Positions 1-12,408 of a DNA stretch of 64,000 nt are shown piece after piece (position 1 is the first letter of the stretch; every line of letters starts with the position of its first letter). Position numbers and translations under genes: made by a program. The notes beneath the pieces were generated by a model. It made no database searches. It was not told where the DNA came from and saw only the letters and a list, made by a program, of their open reading frames with translations. The stretch comes from Ostrea edulis (taxonomy: Eukaryota): NCBI RefSeq assembly GCF_947568905.1, contig NC_079164.1, positions 111,228,001 through 111,292,000 on the forward strand, in the 5' to 3' direction.

Positions 1-607
1 ACAACGCGTTGTGTTTAAAGACCTGACAACCATACATAATCACTTCACTCTTTCTCAGCACCAGCATCCATGAGAGATATATGTCTTGTTTATCAGTCAC
101 ATAGCACCTTGAGATCACCATCCGACCAATGGAAACTGGTAGTGAAGAAATCATCAAACAAATACGGTACAAGAGCCATAAAACACTAAGTACACAGTTG
201 TGGAATAAACTGCCATTGGAACTTCGAGAGCTTGAAGCACATGGATCATTCCGCAAGAACCTAAAAACACTCTTGTTCAAGTGTGAATATGCCCTGTGAA
301 TGTAAAATTCACTGCAATATCAAGGATTTCATGTGCAAGCTCTTGCAAACTGAATTTTGATCCAGCATAATAATGCCTGTATGCAAATTGCATCGTGTCT
401 AGTCAAAGTCAACCACTTTGTTATTTTACTACCATGTTTTATTCAAATTCTTTCTATTGTTTTATCATTTCCTTTATTGTTCTTGCAGGTTTTCTATTGG
501 TATATTATCATTGATAATTAGCACAAACAGTGTACAGCGCATAGAAACTATGTGTAATTTTGCGCTTTATAAATGAATAAAATAATAATAATAATGATAA
601 TAATAAT
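1..607 (+). mobile_element. 3' end of an L2/CR1-group LINE (RT C-terminus, 3'UTR, (AAT)n tail)
   Basis: 198-299 reads LWNKLPLELRELEAHGSFRKNLKTLLFKCEYAL*, a typical L2/CR1 ORF2 C-terminus, with a frameshift near 180. The 3' end has cagcgc...gcgcttt, then aataaa and (AAT)n at about 578-607. Confidence 0.75.
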
Positions 608-2072
608 CAAGTCCATTATGCGAATACAATTCCTTTATTTTCACAGACAGTTTGTAAAGAAACTACTTTATGAGTGCTATCATATCGTTATAACCGATCC
701 CTGTTAAATTTTTATAATGCTGTTTAAAGAAAATTGCAATTTTCCAATGTTGATAAACACTGAACGATTTGGGTTGAACGGTTTTGTTTGGGGAACGAAA
801 GCTGAATGGTTTGAATGGAGTGGTTCAGCGAGAACGGGCAATCAAATTAGAATTAGATGCTAGATCCGCTCACATACTCGCTACACAAAGATCTAACAAC
901 ATCCCATAGAGGGTCATGTCAGAAGACAAATTTGCATGAAAAATTAACCAATCGCTACAAAGGTGGACGTGTCATCGGCATCCAATGAGAATCTACATGA
1001 TATACTGTATTTGGTTACTTATCAAAGATGGCGAACGATGAACCGCTTTGTAGATATTTGATTTCGAGGCTTTAATACATGAACAAAAACAGATTCTTAA
1101 TGTCTTCTTTGTTGAAGTATACATGAAAATATCCCCCGATGTCGCCATAGTTTAAAATCTAAAAAAAACACGTGATAAACAAGTCACGATCACGGGTGCC
1201 ACCATTTTTTTCTCTTCCGTACGTAAAAAATGCATGACATTCTGGGATAATGCCCTACTGATATGAAGCGGGAAATTTAACCTCTGACGTGACCTTTTAT
1301 GGGATGTTGCTATATGTTTGTGTTGCGAGTATGTGAGAGGATCTAACATATAATTTTAATTAGATTGCGAAAACGGGGCGCTTTTTATCGAGAATGAAAC
1401 GCTTTGAGAAAGGGAAGCAACAGACAGTTCTCACCAGGAACGGAACACTTTGGGAACGAACGGTTTAGCCTCGATTTCAAATTCTGTATTTCAAACGCTT
1501 TCCGTACTTTTAGTTCATACATATATTACGAGAAAGAAAGTTGATTGTTTTTAATTTGTCGATAGGAGATTTTGAAACAAACAAAATATCAAATTAAAGA
1601 ATATAATTTCAGAACGTATAACTCTAAAACTGATATGAATTAGACATGTTTTGGAGAAAGTTTTGGAGAATTGGAATGTATTGTTTACGTGTTAGTATTT
1701 CAAATGATGTGCTGCCGTCTTTTAAAGTAGGTATGAATTTATCTGGAAAATAAGGGTTGCTAGGGTAACGGTTTACATATATAAGTGAACAGGAAAGTTG
1801 ACAAAGAGTCCACTCTATATGTCCCTGTCTCAAGTAACATTAGTTTCATTGATATCCCTCTTTAAATTTTGACAGTTGTCTTCAAAGCTTTCTTCAGAGC
1901 TTTTTAAATATGTGTTCCGAACGGGCACCATTAAGTGTTCCATCAATCACCATGATAAATCGCCATTGAAAATTGTGGGCATTCCCCTATCAAGTTAAAA
2001 CGGAAAATATATCAATTTTGAAAACAATTTTAAAATAATTTATTATTACGTTACATCAATTACATAAACATG

Positions 2073-2252
2073 GAAGGTGAAGATAACGAAGAGGGATCAA
2101 TCAAATAACGCCTATAAGCAATGCAATATAAAAAGGTGGGCAGACACAGACTCCTGGACATACCAGAGGTGGGACCAGGTGCCTTGGAAGAGTAAGCATC
2201 CCCTGGTCACCGGTCACACCCGCCGTGAGCCCCATGTGTTGATCAGGTAAAC
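2073..2252 (-). mobile_element. Penelope-like (Naiad-type) element, 3'UTR-only fragment
   Basis: Reverse complement of the 3' segment found downstream of the RT ORF at 29940-31372 (ctcacggcgggtgtgaccgg...gatgcttactc...ggcacctg...cccacctctgg). Confidence 0.85.
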
Positions 2253-2309
2253 TTAGTTAACATGTATTGGCCTATTCATTTTGGATATCTTCATTCTGTA
2301 TATAAATGA

Positions 2310-2454
2310 ATGTTGAAGATAACAAACAGTAATCAATGTCATAACTTCCAATAGAGAGTTGGGTAAACTCAGACCACTGGATATACCAGTGGCGGGACCA
2401 GGTGCCTAGAAGTGGACAATATCCGTTGTCTACTAGTCACACCCGCCGTGAGGC
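2310..2454 (-). mobile_element. Naiad-type 3'UTR fragment, second adjacent and more diverged copy
   Basis: Same motifs as 2073-2252 (ccaggtgcctag, gtcacacccgccgtgag). Confidence 0.75.
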
Positions 2455-2460
2455 CTACAT

Positions 2461-2532
2461 GATGTAAAAACTTATACGGTACCAATTTTGATGCACCAGA
2501 TGCACATTTCGACAAATAATGTCTCTTCAGTT
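2461..2532 (+). repeat. Dispersed repeat fragment shared with 50735-51008
   Basis: aaacttatacggtaccaattttgatgcaccagatgcacatttcgacaaataatgtctcttcagt occurs as a near reverse complement at about 50938-51008. Confidence 0.7.
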
Positions 2533-4147
2533 TAGCGCAGTTTGGCAGTTTAGCGCGTTATAAACACTGTATTTGTAAATTTAATTGTTCTTTTAAAATA
2601 CTTCTGCATTAAGTAATCAAAACAAATAATAAAATTAGGACCTGAAATGACCTATTGCGATCGTTTCTTTTTAAACAAGAATGTTCTTTTCTATTAATTA
2701 CATTAAATATCGTTGACTTTGCCGATGTGGAATTAAGGCATATTATTATGATATTATAACTATATTTATATATACCTTCATTCCATTTTAGAATATGCAT
2801 AACTGTAATTAAATTAAACTGTTAGTTCGGCAAGGAATATTGTCAAATCAAGAGCTATGGTCTTTTATCACTTCGACAAGCGTCATGTTGACCTAGAATG
2901 GCGGACTGACGCGCGAGCAGTTTTAGGGAACAAATGCTTTGATGGCACGAACGGTTTTCGATGAGAACGGAACGTTTTGGACTGGGAATGAAACATGATA
3001 ATGATAATAATGATATAATAATAATACTTTATTCCAATAAGTCGACCTGAATGCTTCACACACTATTCTTTCCCAGGTCCTTTTACCACTCGGATCACCT
3101 CAATCGATTCCATCTAACCTCAAATGTGTGGTGTTTTCCGCCACAGTGCGCATGCAGTAACGTATAACAAATATCGCTGATCAAGTAAAACTACTGACAA
3201 CTCCCGCGAAATAAAGTTCATTTTAGCATACAACACTCTTAATGCTTGTAATTACACTGCATTTCTCTTTGAGAATTTTTTCTGTCGAAATTGAGCGAAG
3301 GTTTGTAACGAAAATTCGTAGAATTTATTTTAAACAAAAAACATATTTTGATCACTACTTTCTGAAAGGAGGGTAAATATACGTTCACATTTCAAATGTA
3401 AGGTTTATCTACATATCAATTATCATCACACATCGGAGGTTAGTTGAAGGATACCAGCATCTGCCGAAGTTTGTCGAATGGGCCTTCCCATCGATACATA
3501 CAATTATGTACACGAATAATAACTTAAAGCAAAGTCTTAAAAACACGAACAAGTCAATATCACTTAATATGATTGAATATCAGTAATAAATGATAACAAA
3601 ATCTATCATCATACCTCAGCATGAAAATTCTATGCAACGTCTAATCTATTTAGTATAGATATTCACGCGTCAGGGATGATAAAACTTCGTATTTCCCTCT
3701 CAAACATTACATTACCCCATTATATTTCACCCGTTCTGCAGCTTCGTGCATTATTCTTTATTTTTTGTGAAGGTAGACGTAGTTTATTGTGAGTCACAAT
3801 AAGTCCGAGTCCATGTACATTTATTGTTCATAAGACACAACATATACGGGTCTCAGATATACAGTTTTGAAATCGTCTGCTTTTAATTGATGTAAAAACA
3901 AGCGTTTGGATCAGCATTCAAGGGTAATGGAAATACAAGAAATGGTTATCATATCACTGAACTTCGTTGTTTGTACCTTCTAATTAATACATTGACTGCG
4001 CTGTGTTACCACTAAGGCAATCTCAGCTACATACGATATATATATGGCGGACTGCAAAATGTAGTCTTGCTTTGTTGTGGTATAATAAACAATCTATTGC
4101 ATGAATGTTCTGGAGATTCTATGATTGTTATAACTATCTGGTTCGTC

Positions 4148-4406
4148 AATATAACCTACCTGACGTGTTTCATATATATTGTTAGGCCGTTCTTGGCACA
4201 CTGATTTTGACTACGGATAACTCTGTTTACCTGATCAGTGTATAGGGCTCACGGCGGGTGTGACCGGTCGACAGGGGATGCTTACTCCTCCTAGGCACCT
4301 GATCCCCCCTCTGGTGTATCCAGGTATCCGTGTTTGCTCAACTCTCTATTTTGTATCGGTTATAGAAGTTACGCAATTGATCACTGTTCGTTATCGTCAC
4401 CTTTCA
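4148..4406 (+). mobile_element. Naiad-type 3' end (last codons plus 3'UTR)
   Basis: ctgacgtgtttcat...gttaggccgttcttggcacactgattttgactacgg...ttcgttatcgtcacctttcat matches 31120-31372. Confidence 0.9.
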
Positions 4407-4699
4407 TGGATGTTCTGGAGATATGACGATTTATTCACCCAAGAGAAATCATTTTCCCCTCGGGCGATAATATTGTTCTTGGTTGAGTAAATCTTCATAT
4501 CTCCCTTACTATGAATAACTGTATGATATTCCAGATTGTGAATAACAGACAAATTCATATAATGTATATACAAGAAGAAAAAAGCATACTTAAATAGTGG
4601 TACGGCAGCTTGTAATGTATTTCTCTACATTATTCTTAAAAAAATATGTTAAGAATGAGTGAGCCTTATGTGTTGTAGTTTGTGCAACAGGTTTACACC

Positions 4700-6850
4700 C
4701 GAGTATTGTAAAGAAGTTTTAGAATGCTAGTATCAATAAGGTGAGTGACCGGTGCACATTATGCATGTATCTATACGAAATATCCAAGAGGTATGGACCG
4801 ATAATGTCAACATGTAAGAGAATTTTTAACATAGTGAGAACTTCACTTTCATCAATTTGTTGAATTCCAAAATGAGTACCATCATAAAGTTTTGATGTAG
4901 CAAATTGCTGTCGAATATTTAGGCTATACAGATGTTTTGCCAAATTTTCTAAAAGCTTACTTGACACATTCATGGGATGTTTTCGCCTCCTAAGCAGCTG
5001 ATCCCACCTCTGGTATATCCATGGGTCAGTGTTTTCCCACCTCTCTATTTTGTACTGATTATAGGAGTTGTGAGATTGATCACTGTTCGTTATATTTACC
5101 TTTGATCCACAAAATGAGACTTAAAAATATTCACTATATCGTGCTAGATATCTACTATTGCCGGGTTAGAAAACAAGTTTGAAAGAGTTATGATGAGAAC
5201 TGGTTTAAGTATTTCTGCATTTCTTTGGGACTAGAACATTCTTCAATTGCAGTATATGATCATTTTGCGTTGTCTATAAGTATGTTTACCTTGTTTCGAT
5301 ATAGTTTATAATTTTCCATATCTCTTTTGTCTGGTAAGAGTCACATACATGTAAGTGTCTAGCATCAATTTCTTGTGTTTGCCATTTTGGTTGAAGTTTG
5401 CTCTTTAATCGCTTAGTTTTACGATTTGGATGTTTGTCAAATAATATATTGAATAATTCATAGGATTCAGTTAAAATGTCATTTGAGTTATGTATTTGAA
5501 GGAGGTTGTTCAATTATGAATGTTGTCAGTCTTGTGGAAAGTTACTTTCATTATTTTTTTCTAATGCCCCGATATTGCAATTGAATTTCGATATGATTTT
5601 TTTGGCTGCATGCTGTCAGTTTTTCTTGAGGCACAGATACGGTAATGGTCATATATAGCACTAAAGGATATGTTATTTTCACACACATTTTCTGTTTTAT
5701 TAGCACAAAGGTGATCAATAAGGGTACTTGAAGTGCTATTTACTCTTGTTAGGGTTGTTATTGTTTGTTAAAACCAGACTCTTCTAAAACCTATATCCAA
5801 ATTAGGTTTTTTTTTAGGAAGTCCACATTAAAATCATTTCTACGCTTATCGCTTGTATTATTAGAAATAAAAACCACAATTTCACCACCTGCCCTTAAAG
5901 AGCGACAAATGCTTTCAAAATCAAAACACTGAATATACAACGCAGAATTGCTTATTTGTTCATTCCAAAAGGTTTGAAAAAGTCCTAGAATATTAAGAAT
6001 TGTTTGTTTTGGAGACGCGTTTTGCTTTCCTCAAGTTTAGACAGAACATGACATATATTTCATTTCCCAAATATTGGACCCTTTTTAATTAGTCCACAAC
6101 CGTTATTGTGTGAAATCAAAAGTAGATACAGTAGGATTATTGCTATTTACAGAATTAAAAACCTCCTTGGTATAGATATTCTTATTTGCCTTAAGATATT
6201 TAGACGTAATTGCCTGAGTAGTTCAATCCCATAAATTTTGTACAATTGCCCAAAAATCATCATAATGGTGACATGAACAATCAGGCTTATTGCAATATGA
6301 ACATATGTCATTAATAATTGAATAGGCATTGCTGTTTGACAAGAATGATAGAGAATTGTTGTCGGCTACACATTCGTTGCGGGTTTTCTAAAAGCCATGA
6401 TGGCAGAGTTTGTTTTTGTGCCCGAACTCCCCACACGTCCAGCAGCCAAGTTATCCCCAGTGCCTACAACCGCGAAATGTGTTTACTTTCTCCACAGAAC
6501 CCCCCCCCCCAGAAAGTTGAATGAATTGAAAGGTGGGAATCCGACATCTTCCCACTTCAATTAACGCGTTCACCAACAGATTTAAGGATATCTTCGCAAC
6601 TTTGAAATAATTTGAGTAGCGCCGCGGTGCCTCTGTCCGATATGTATCCCATATTTCCAAGCACAATTCCTGGTGAGGGTTTCCTTTGCTAAATATGTTT
6701 GTAGGAATCTTTGTACCACTATACATTTCACTTATTTGATTTCATTTACCGCACTTGTGTCTGTATCATGCCTCGCTGGAACTTCAGAAATATACACACT
6801 AACATTTGGATTCCTGGTTTGGAGATCCAGTAATTGTTTCTACAAAGTCA
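4700..6850 (-). mobile_element. Degenerate L2/CR1-group LINE, 5' part (ORF1 zinc knuckle, APE endonuclease, EN-RT linker)
   Basis: Minus-strand fragments: CWTCGEFGHKNKLC (zinc knuckle, about 6400-6445); TRVNSTSSTLIDHLCAN...DHYRI (APE C-terminal motifs, about 5630-5760); KLQPKWQTQEI (linker, about 5370-5410); SEVLTMLKIL (pre-RT, about 4820-4850). Many stops and frameshifts. Interrupted by a Naiad piece. Confidence 0.6.
4972..5103 (+). mobile_element. Naiad-type 3'UTR fragment nested in the LINE
   Basis: ctgatcccacctctggtatatcc...gagattgatcactgttcgttat. Confidence 0.8.
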
Positions 6851-6859
6851 TGCTTAATT

Positions 6860-7166
6860 GCCTCTGGGTATCGTTGTCTCGTTCGTCAATACAACCTATC
6901 ATTGGGTCAAATGCTGTCTGACATGTTTCATACCGATTGTTAGGCCGTTCTTGACACACTGATTTTGACTAGGGTTTGCTCCATTTACCTGATCAGGATA
7001 AAGGGCTCACGGCGGATGCGACCGGTCGATAGAGGGTGCTTACTCCTCCTAGGCACCTGATCCCGTCTCTGGTGTGTCCAGGGGTCCGTATTTGCCCAAA
7101 TATCTGTTTTAAATTTGCTTGTAGGAGTTATGAGATTGATCACTGTTTGTTATTTTCATCTTTCAT
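6860..7166 (+). mobile_element. Naiad-type 3' end
   Basis: gttcgtcaatacaacctatcattgggtcaaatgctgtctgac (RQYNLSLGQMLSD) followed by the full 3'UTR. Confidence 0.9.
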
Positions 7167-7979
7167 ATGCTAAACGCTAGAAGATATTTAATTATGTTCA
7201 GAATTAACTTGTTAATTGAGAAAAAAATCCGCTTTAAATGAACGTTTACTGGTATAACCGCCGTGGTGGTCTAGAGCACAGGCAATTATATCACTTGGCG
7301 TCTGCGCTATGACTTATCACAGCCGTTTTGACAGTGCCGATAACTACCCAAAATAACATCAATAATATAAATCGTCAAACGTCTGTGTTAAATAAAATAA
7401 TAAGACATTTTTCTCTTTATAATGACTTGTTATTACCATTATGTATGCACTGCTATTGATGAAAAATAGCATTTGATTCTTTAAATCGTTAAGGTCTTTT
7501 AATCTTGTATGGGTAATATAGATGCTTCGGTAAAAATGGCTGTGATAAGTCAAAATGCAGACTTTCTTATACATTTTCAGTCACTTGGGGCTATTAACAA
7601 CTACCGTTTATCAATTCGGGTAAGAAATTCAACTTCGAAATAATATTTAATGCCGCACATGCAATGCAATAGTTTGTTACAATGCTCAATCATTCTGTGT
7701 AGTCATATAGTGACACGGCCCAACTAAAAGTCGACCAAAATATAATAGGCGTTTTTCCTAATTTATTTCGGCATATCTTGAGAAGTATACTAAATTTTGG
7801 GATGAACTTTGGAGGCAATGTAGATTGATTAAGTATAAAATATTAGAACACAAAGTATAATATTATATCATTTGGTTTATTGTTTTTACATCGCTGAACT
7901 TTGTTACCCTACATGTATATTTAGAGCTATATACCTTTATTCTTTATTGATAGTAAATTTGACCCAAGCGATATAATTA

Positions 7980-8310
7980 CCTGTGGTTTAGAAGTAGAGT
8001 GTTCGCCATGAATGCGAAAGGTTGGTGTTTGAATCCCGGCCGCAACAGATCTAAGTCGTTTAAACAGGTATTGACAGTTTCATCGTCAAACGCTCGGCAT
8101 CAGGCTTGAATATCAAGGGTCCACGGAGATGACCTTAAAAACGGATGTCCCGTGTCACAGTAGGTGTCACATGCTAAAGAACCCCCACTGCTCAATGGCC
8201 GTAAGCGCCGAGCATAAACCTAAATTTGAAGCCCTTCACCGTTCTTGGTGACGTCTCCATATGAGTGAAAAAATCTCGAGAGGGACATTAAACAAGATAC
8301 AATCAATCCA
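7980..8310 (+). mobile_element. tRNA-derived SINE (probably MetaSINE-type)
   Basis: A-box-like gtggtttagaagtagag and B-box gtttgaatccc, central cccgtgtcacagtaggtgtcacatgctaaagaaccc, and a (caat)n-like tail. Related copies at 38672, 40497, 44530 and 47085. The Meta-domain assignment is from memory. Confidence 0.75.
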
Positions 8311-8819
8311 TTTACTTGTATATTTTAGCCTATGTAAACAAAACAAGCATTGTTTGTATAACAAAGATATGTGAGCTATGTATCTCTCTTGTATCTCGAC
8401 AACTAAATTTTTGCTGACTATTGGAAATATCTTAGTTAAGCATTCTAAACATTAGAAATAGAAAAATAAAATTTGAAAACTTCCCGCTCAAGACGTGTCC
8501 ATGTCCCTATAAAAATAGAATTTAAAGTGTATCGAAAGTGTGAAATTAAAACTCCCTGTGTGAGCATATCAAATGGGATAGTTTTGTAGCCTATATGCCT
8601 CTTAATAATAGAACCCTGTTGCTGCCAAAATTTTCAACTGAATAGGGTTCAGTAATAGATGTGTAATATGTATGCACCAATGAGATCAGTACTGGATCAG
8701 AAAATACTTAGTTATAGCATCCAGCTCAGGTGTGCTCGAAAGCTAAGGAGGTAACTTCCTTGAGTGCAATGTTTTCACACTAACTTTGTCACTAATGCTT
8801 CCTATGCTATTACTTACAG

Positions 8820-9107
8820 GGCCACCATTGAAACCCACTAATCTAACATTGGTATGTGACACTTTGTCAGTAAAGTTATCATGGATTTCCAACTTTAATG
8901 GTGGAGACAGTCAGACATTTAAGATTTCCTATTCCACTGTTGGGGATTCTACCTATAAAGATCTAAAGACCATCAGTGACAAAGGTTATGGCAGACTTCA
9001 CAGTTACACTCCCAGTATTGAGTTACAGGGGACAGTATGGTTTACTGTGACTGCCTCCAACATGTTTGGGAATTCTACATCAGATTATGTCCATTGCATT
9101 CTTAAAG
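8820..9107 (+). CDS. Receptor gene exon A: fibronectin type III domain (nephrin-like Ig/FN3 receptor)
   Basis: ttacttacag|GG...AAAG|gtaaat, phase 1-1, 288 nt. Reads GPPLKPTNLTLVCDTLSVKLSWISNFNGGDSQTFKISY...VWFTVTASNMFGNS. The W-x-x-F-N-G-G-x-x-Q-T-F and A-x-N-x-x-G motifs fit the membrane-proximal FN3 of nephrin-like proteins. Confidence 0.9.
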
Positions 9108-9796
9108 GTAAATATTATATTCAACAGTCACCCCTGGGATATTTCAAAGGGAATTTCTGAAAGCCACTCACTATCAGAGATGCAACACAGCGTAGTTTCC
9201 GTCATTTAGCATCGATTAGTCCTTTCTTTGAAAAATGTGTACTGGTAATTAGAAAACAATTTTAGAAATGGTTATTTCATCATTTATGACTATCATAACA
9301 AACGTTTCACATATGCATTTAGACCTATATATGCATGTTTCTAATAACCGTATATATGAGGTTTCTTTACCGTGCCAATACCTACAGGACACCTTACGTT
9401 TGTAGAGAATCATACTCGGGCACACGATTGCGAACCAAACACCTTGTCGATCGGACTACTGCGACCGGTCTATGAAAAAAATGAATATCTATTATTGCAA
9501 ATAAATTAGCTTTGTACTAGGTATTCATTGTCGGTCTCCATCCTTCTATTAGTTTGAATTTGATGCAACTCGGTTAAATTGTTTTCTTTTTTCGACAATG
9601 GTTGAAAACAGGAAATTATCCACGGTATTCTTACGAAATTGTTACTTTAAACAAGGTATCAAATATTAATTACATGTAAAATAGATATTCATTTTGACAG
9701 TTTATAGAAAATACTAAATGTACAGTGCACGTAAATTGATTATAACACATTTAATTTTTCATCATTAGAGTACCAGTACTTAAAGGGAAAAATCAA

Positions 9797-10110
9797 ACAG
9801 GAAACTGGAAAAACATTTGAACACTGATATGATATTTCACGGGATGAACACACGCACACTCAAAGAAAATTGAAATGAAGCTGGTGACATAGAGATAATT
9901 ATTCATGAATCTTTCAGCTTAAAAACACATACCGACCATAACAAAATCTGAACTTGACATGGTAAAGCAATGTCCAAATTTCAAATAAATATATCTTAAG
10001 TATCATCAAAAAGGTCAGGAAAACGTATTTGCCGGAATGACAGACAGATGGACGGATGAACGAAGTGCAAACTTAAAGTCCCTCTAGGCTCCGACGGTAG
10101 TGGACTTAAA
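9797..10110 (-). mobile_element. Probable Helentron-type non-autonomous element remnant
   Basis: gacagacagatggacgga microsatellite followed by the short hairpin aagtccctct...gtggactt, the usual end arrangement of such elements. Boundaries approximate. Confidence 0.4.
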
Positions 10111-11486
10111 ATCGAAAGCTAAGAAAATGTCATTACATTTTTATTTAGAAATTTCTTTGCACTGATTTGACGAATATAAATATTTTTCATAAAGTAATGT
10201 CATTATGATGGAATGCTCTAAATTTTCTTGTTGAATTACATATTTCACTGTAGATCACTTCGTTGATCCTCGAACACAATGTATCTTACTATTCCACAGC
10301 CCAAATCAGAATAATATATGCACTTTTCAAAAAACCATCTGCTTGGTCATACAGGGAATCAAATGTATGCCACCGCTGAAGCGGATAATTATATATTTTG
10401 TTAATGTAGTAGTGTATGTTTTGTGTATGATATGGATATATTTTCTGCTTTATGATTTAAGAAATGAAACTTATAATTCGTTGTTTCATGCATGTATCAA
10501 ACGAAACATTGGATGGAAAACTTCATCAATGCACGTAGCGCATTGATGAAAAAGTTGTCCGTCCAATTTTGCGTTTGATACATGCATCAAACAAAGAATT
10601 ATAAGTTTCATCTCTTATCATTTAATTATGTTTTCAAGATAGAAAAACAAATAATTTCTCCGGTCAAAAAGCTTGAATTAACGTTTTTGAAATGGTGCGT
10701 AGGAATACATATATGTACGAATGAAAACAACAACAACATGGCATGGCTGTGTGTTCAGGTCAGGTACAGTTACTATGCAGATTTATATGGATTATACGCC
10801 AAATTAAAGGTGCAATGGTTAAAAGCTGAATTAAATATATAGGAAGAAAACAAATGGTGACTGGATTTATGCTGCATTGTGTTTGAGGAGACGTTGAACA
10901 CCGGTTGTGTCGTCGGAACGGTGGAATGCAGCACGGCTCCATTTCAATATCGAGTAAAAAATTCAACACCTCTTCATCTAAAACTCACTTGTTGACTGCA
11001 TTCGATATATCGCAGTTCAATTTCATTAATATTTACCAGATCAGACGTCTTTTTCTACCAGAAAGTGGATCTACGTCATCAAGTTGACTATTCTGCCACG
11101 TCATTGCCTTTGTATGTTGTTTCATTAAATTAATTTGTATTTTATTCATATCTTTATTTGTGCTTATTTTTGATAGCAATGAAAAACAAACATCAAACGA
11201 ATGCATTTCGTTATATATAATGCTTGTGTGGAAAATCCCGTTCTATAGATAGCGCTAAAATTAGAAAGGGGAAGACGCATTCCAGAGAAAAGTATTCCGG
11301 CGTGCTTAGTGCAGATGAACTCCAAAGGAAATTTTGACACAGAAATCAAACGCATTTTTCAACCAATCAGCGTCGTTCTTAAGTCATCTCTTTAAAAGTT
11401 ATTAAATGATATATAAATGTAAATTAAAGTTAAAATTCAAGTTCTGTCATCTTAAAAATGAAAAGAACGACCAGTAACCATTTTCA

Positions 11487-11632
11487 CAAATCTCATAAAA
11501 AGTATAAAACCAATAGCACGGCAAACACGGACTCATGGACACATTAGAGGCGGGTTTAGATGCCTTGGAGGAGAACGTATCATCCGCCAATAGACTATAC
11601 CCGCCATGGACTCTCCATCTTGATCAGGTACA
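11487..11632 (-). mobile_element. Diverged Naiad-type 3'UTR fragment
   Basis: ggcaaacacggactcatggacacattagagg...cttgatcaggtac. Confidence 0.7.
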
Positions 11633-11796
11633 CAGAATAATCTAAGTGTTTCAAAAGGCGTACGTGAGAGTATTTTCTGTGCTTGATCAAATTCTAAACC
11701 AAGATTATTTAAAGTCAGCAATTTTACAAATTTTATGGTTACTGTTGTAATAGTCCTGGTAACTCCGCTTACTTAATCAATACAAAAGCTTACGGC

Positions 11797-11950
11797 GTAT
11801 GTGAACGGTCAGCAAGGTATGCTTACTCCTCCAAGGCATTTGATCCAACCTGTAATTTTTACAAGAATCCGCCTTTACCGTGTTCTCAATTTTGTATTTT
11901 TAAAGGATTTATGAGATTGATTACTGTTCGTTATCTTCGCCCATTTTATA
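11797..11950 (+). mobile_element. Diverged Naiad-type 3'UTR fragment
   Basis: atgcttactcctccaaggcatttgatcc...tatgagattgattactgttcgttatc. Confidence 0.75.
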
Positions 11951-12082
11951 CATTAAGGGAACTATTCAAGTAGGAAATATGTATACCATTTCCCCAAATG
12001 CTTGTTTGAGAGAAAGGTCAGTATACATGTACCCGATAGACACGGAAGACTTTTTGTTGATTTTATTTGTCATTGTATTTAG

Positions 12083-12217
12083 TAGGAATACAAGAGGAGG
12101 TCAGCCGTCAGACGGAGACGATTGTCGGCAGTGTTGTCGGCAGTGTGGCGTTCATCATCGCTGTTTTAGTCCTTGTGATCTTCCTTCGAAGGCGTTATAA
12201 ATGCACCTGCAGAATAA
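12083..12217 (+). CDS. Receptor exon B: transmembrane helix and stop-transfer sequence
   Basis: Tandem acceptor tttag|tag (12083 or 12086, both in frame), donor A|gtaatg, phase 1-1. Reads (V)GIQEEVSRQTETIVGSVVGSVAFIIAVLVLVIFLRRRYKCTCRI: a hydrophobic run followed by RRR. Confidence 0.85.
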
Positions 12218-12408
12218 GTAATGTATCAATCTTTCCTAAGAATTTATATATGTTTTGAATAGCATATCTATACACATTTCAACAACGAATCTTTTAACGT
12301 AATTCAACACTTTTCTTAATACAAAATTTCATAGATATTATTATAAATTTTATTCGCCTGTCCTCTGTCCGTCCCACATCTGATTTGTGTTTAGCTCATT
12401 TTCAAATA

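Noticed and set aside
608-8819. Upstream Ig-domain or signal-peptide exons of the receptor
   Set aside because: None found by eye. They probably lie 5' of the window, so the ectodomain composition beyond the FN3 is unknown.
10860-11390. Possible Crypton-like remnant
   Set aside because: Only a vague compositional resemblance; no tyrosine-recombinase motifs could be read.
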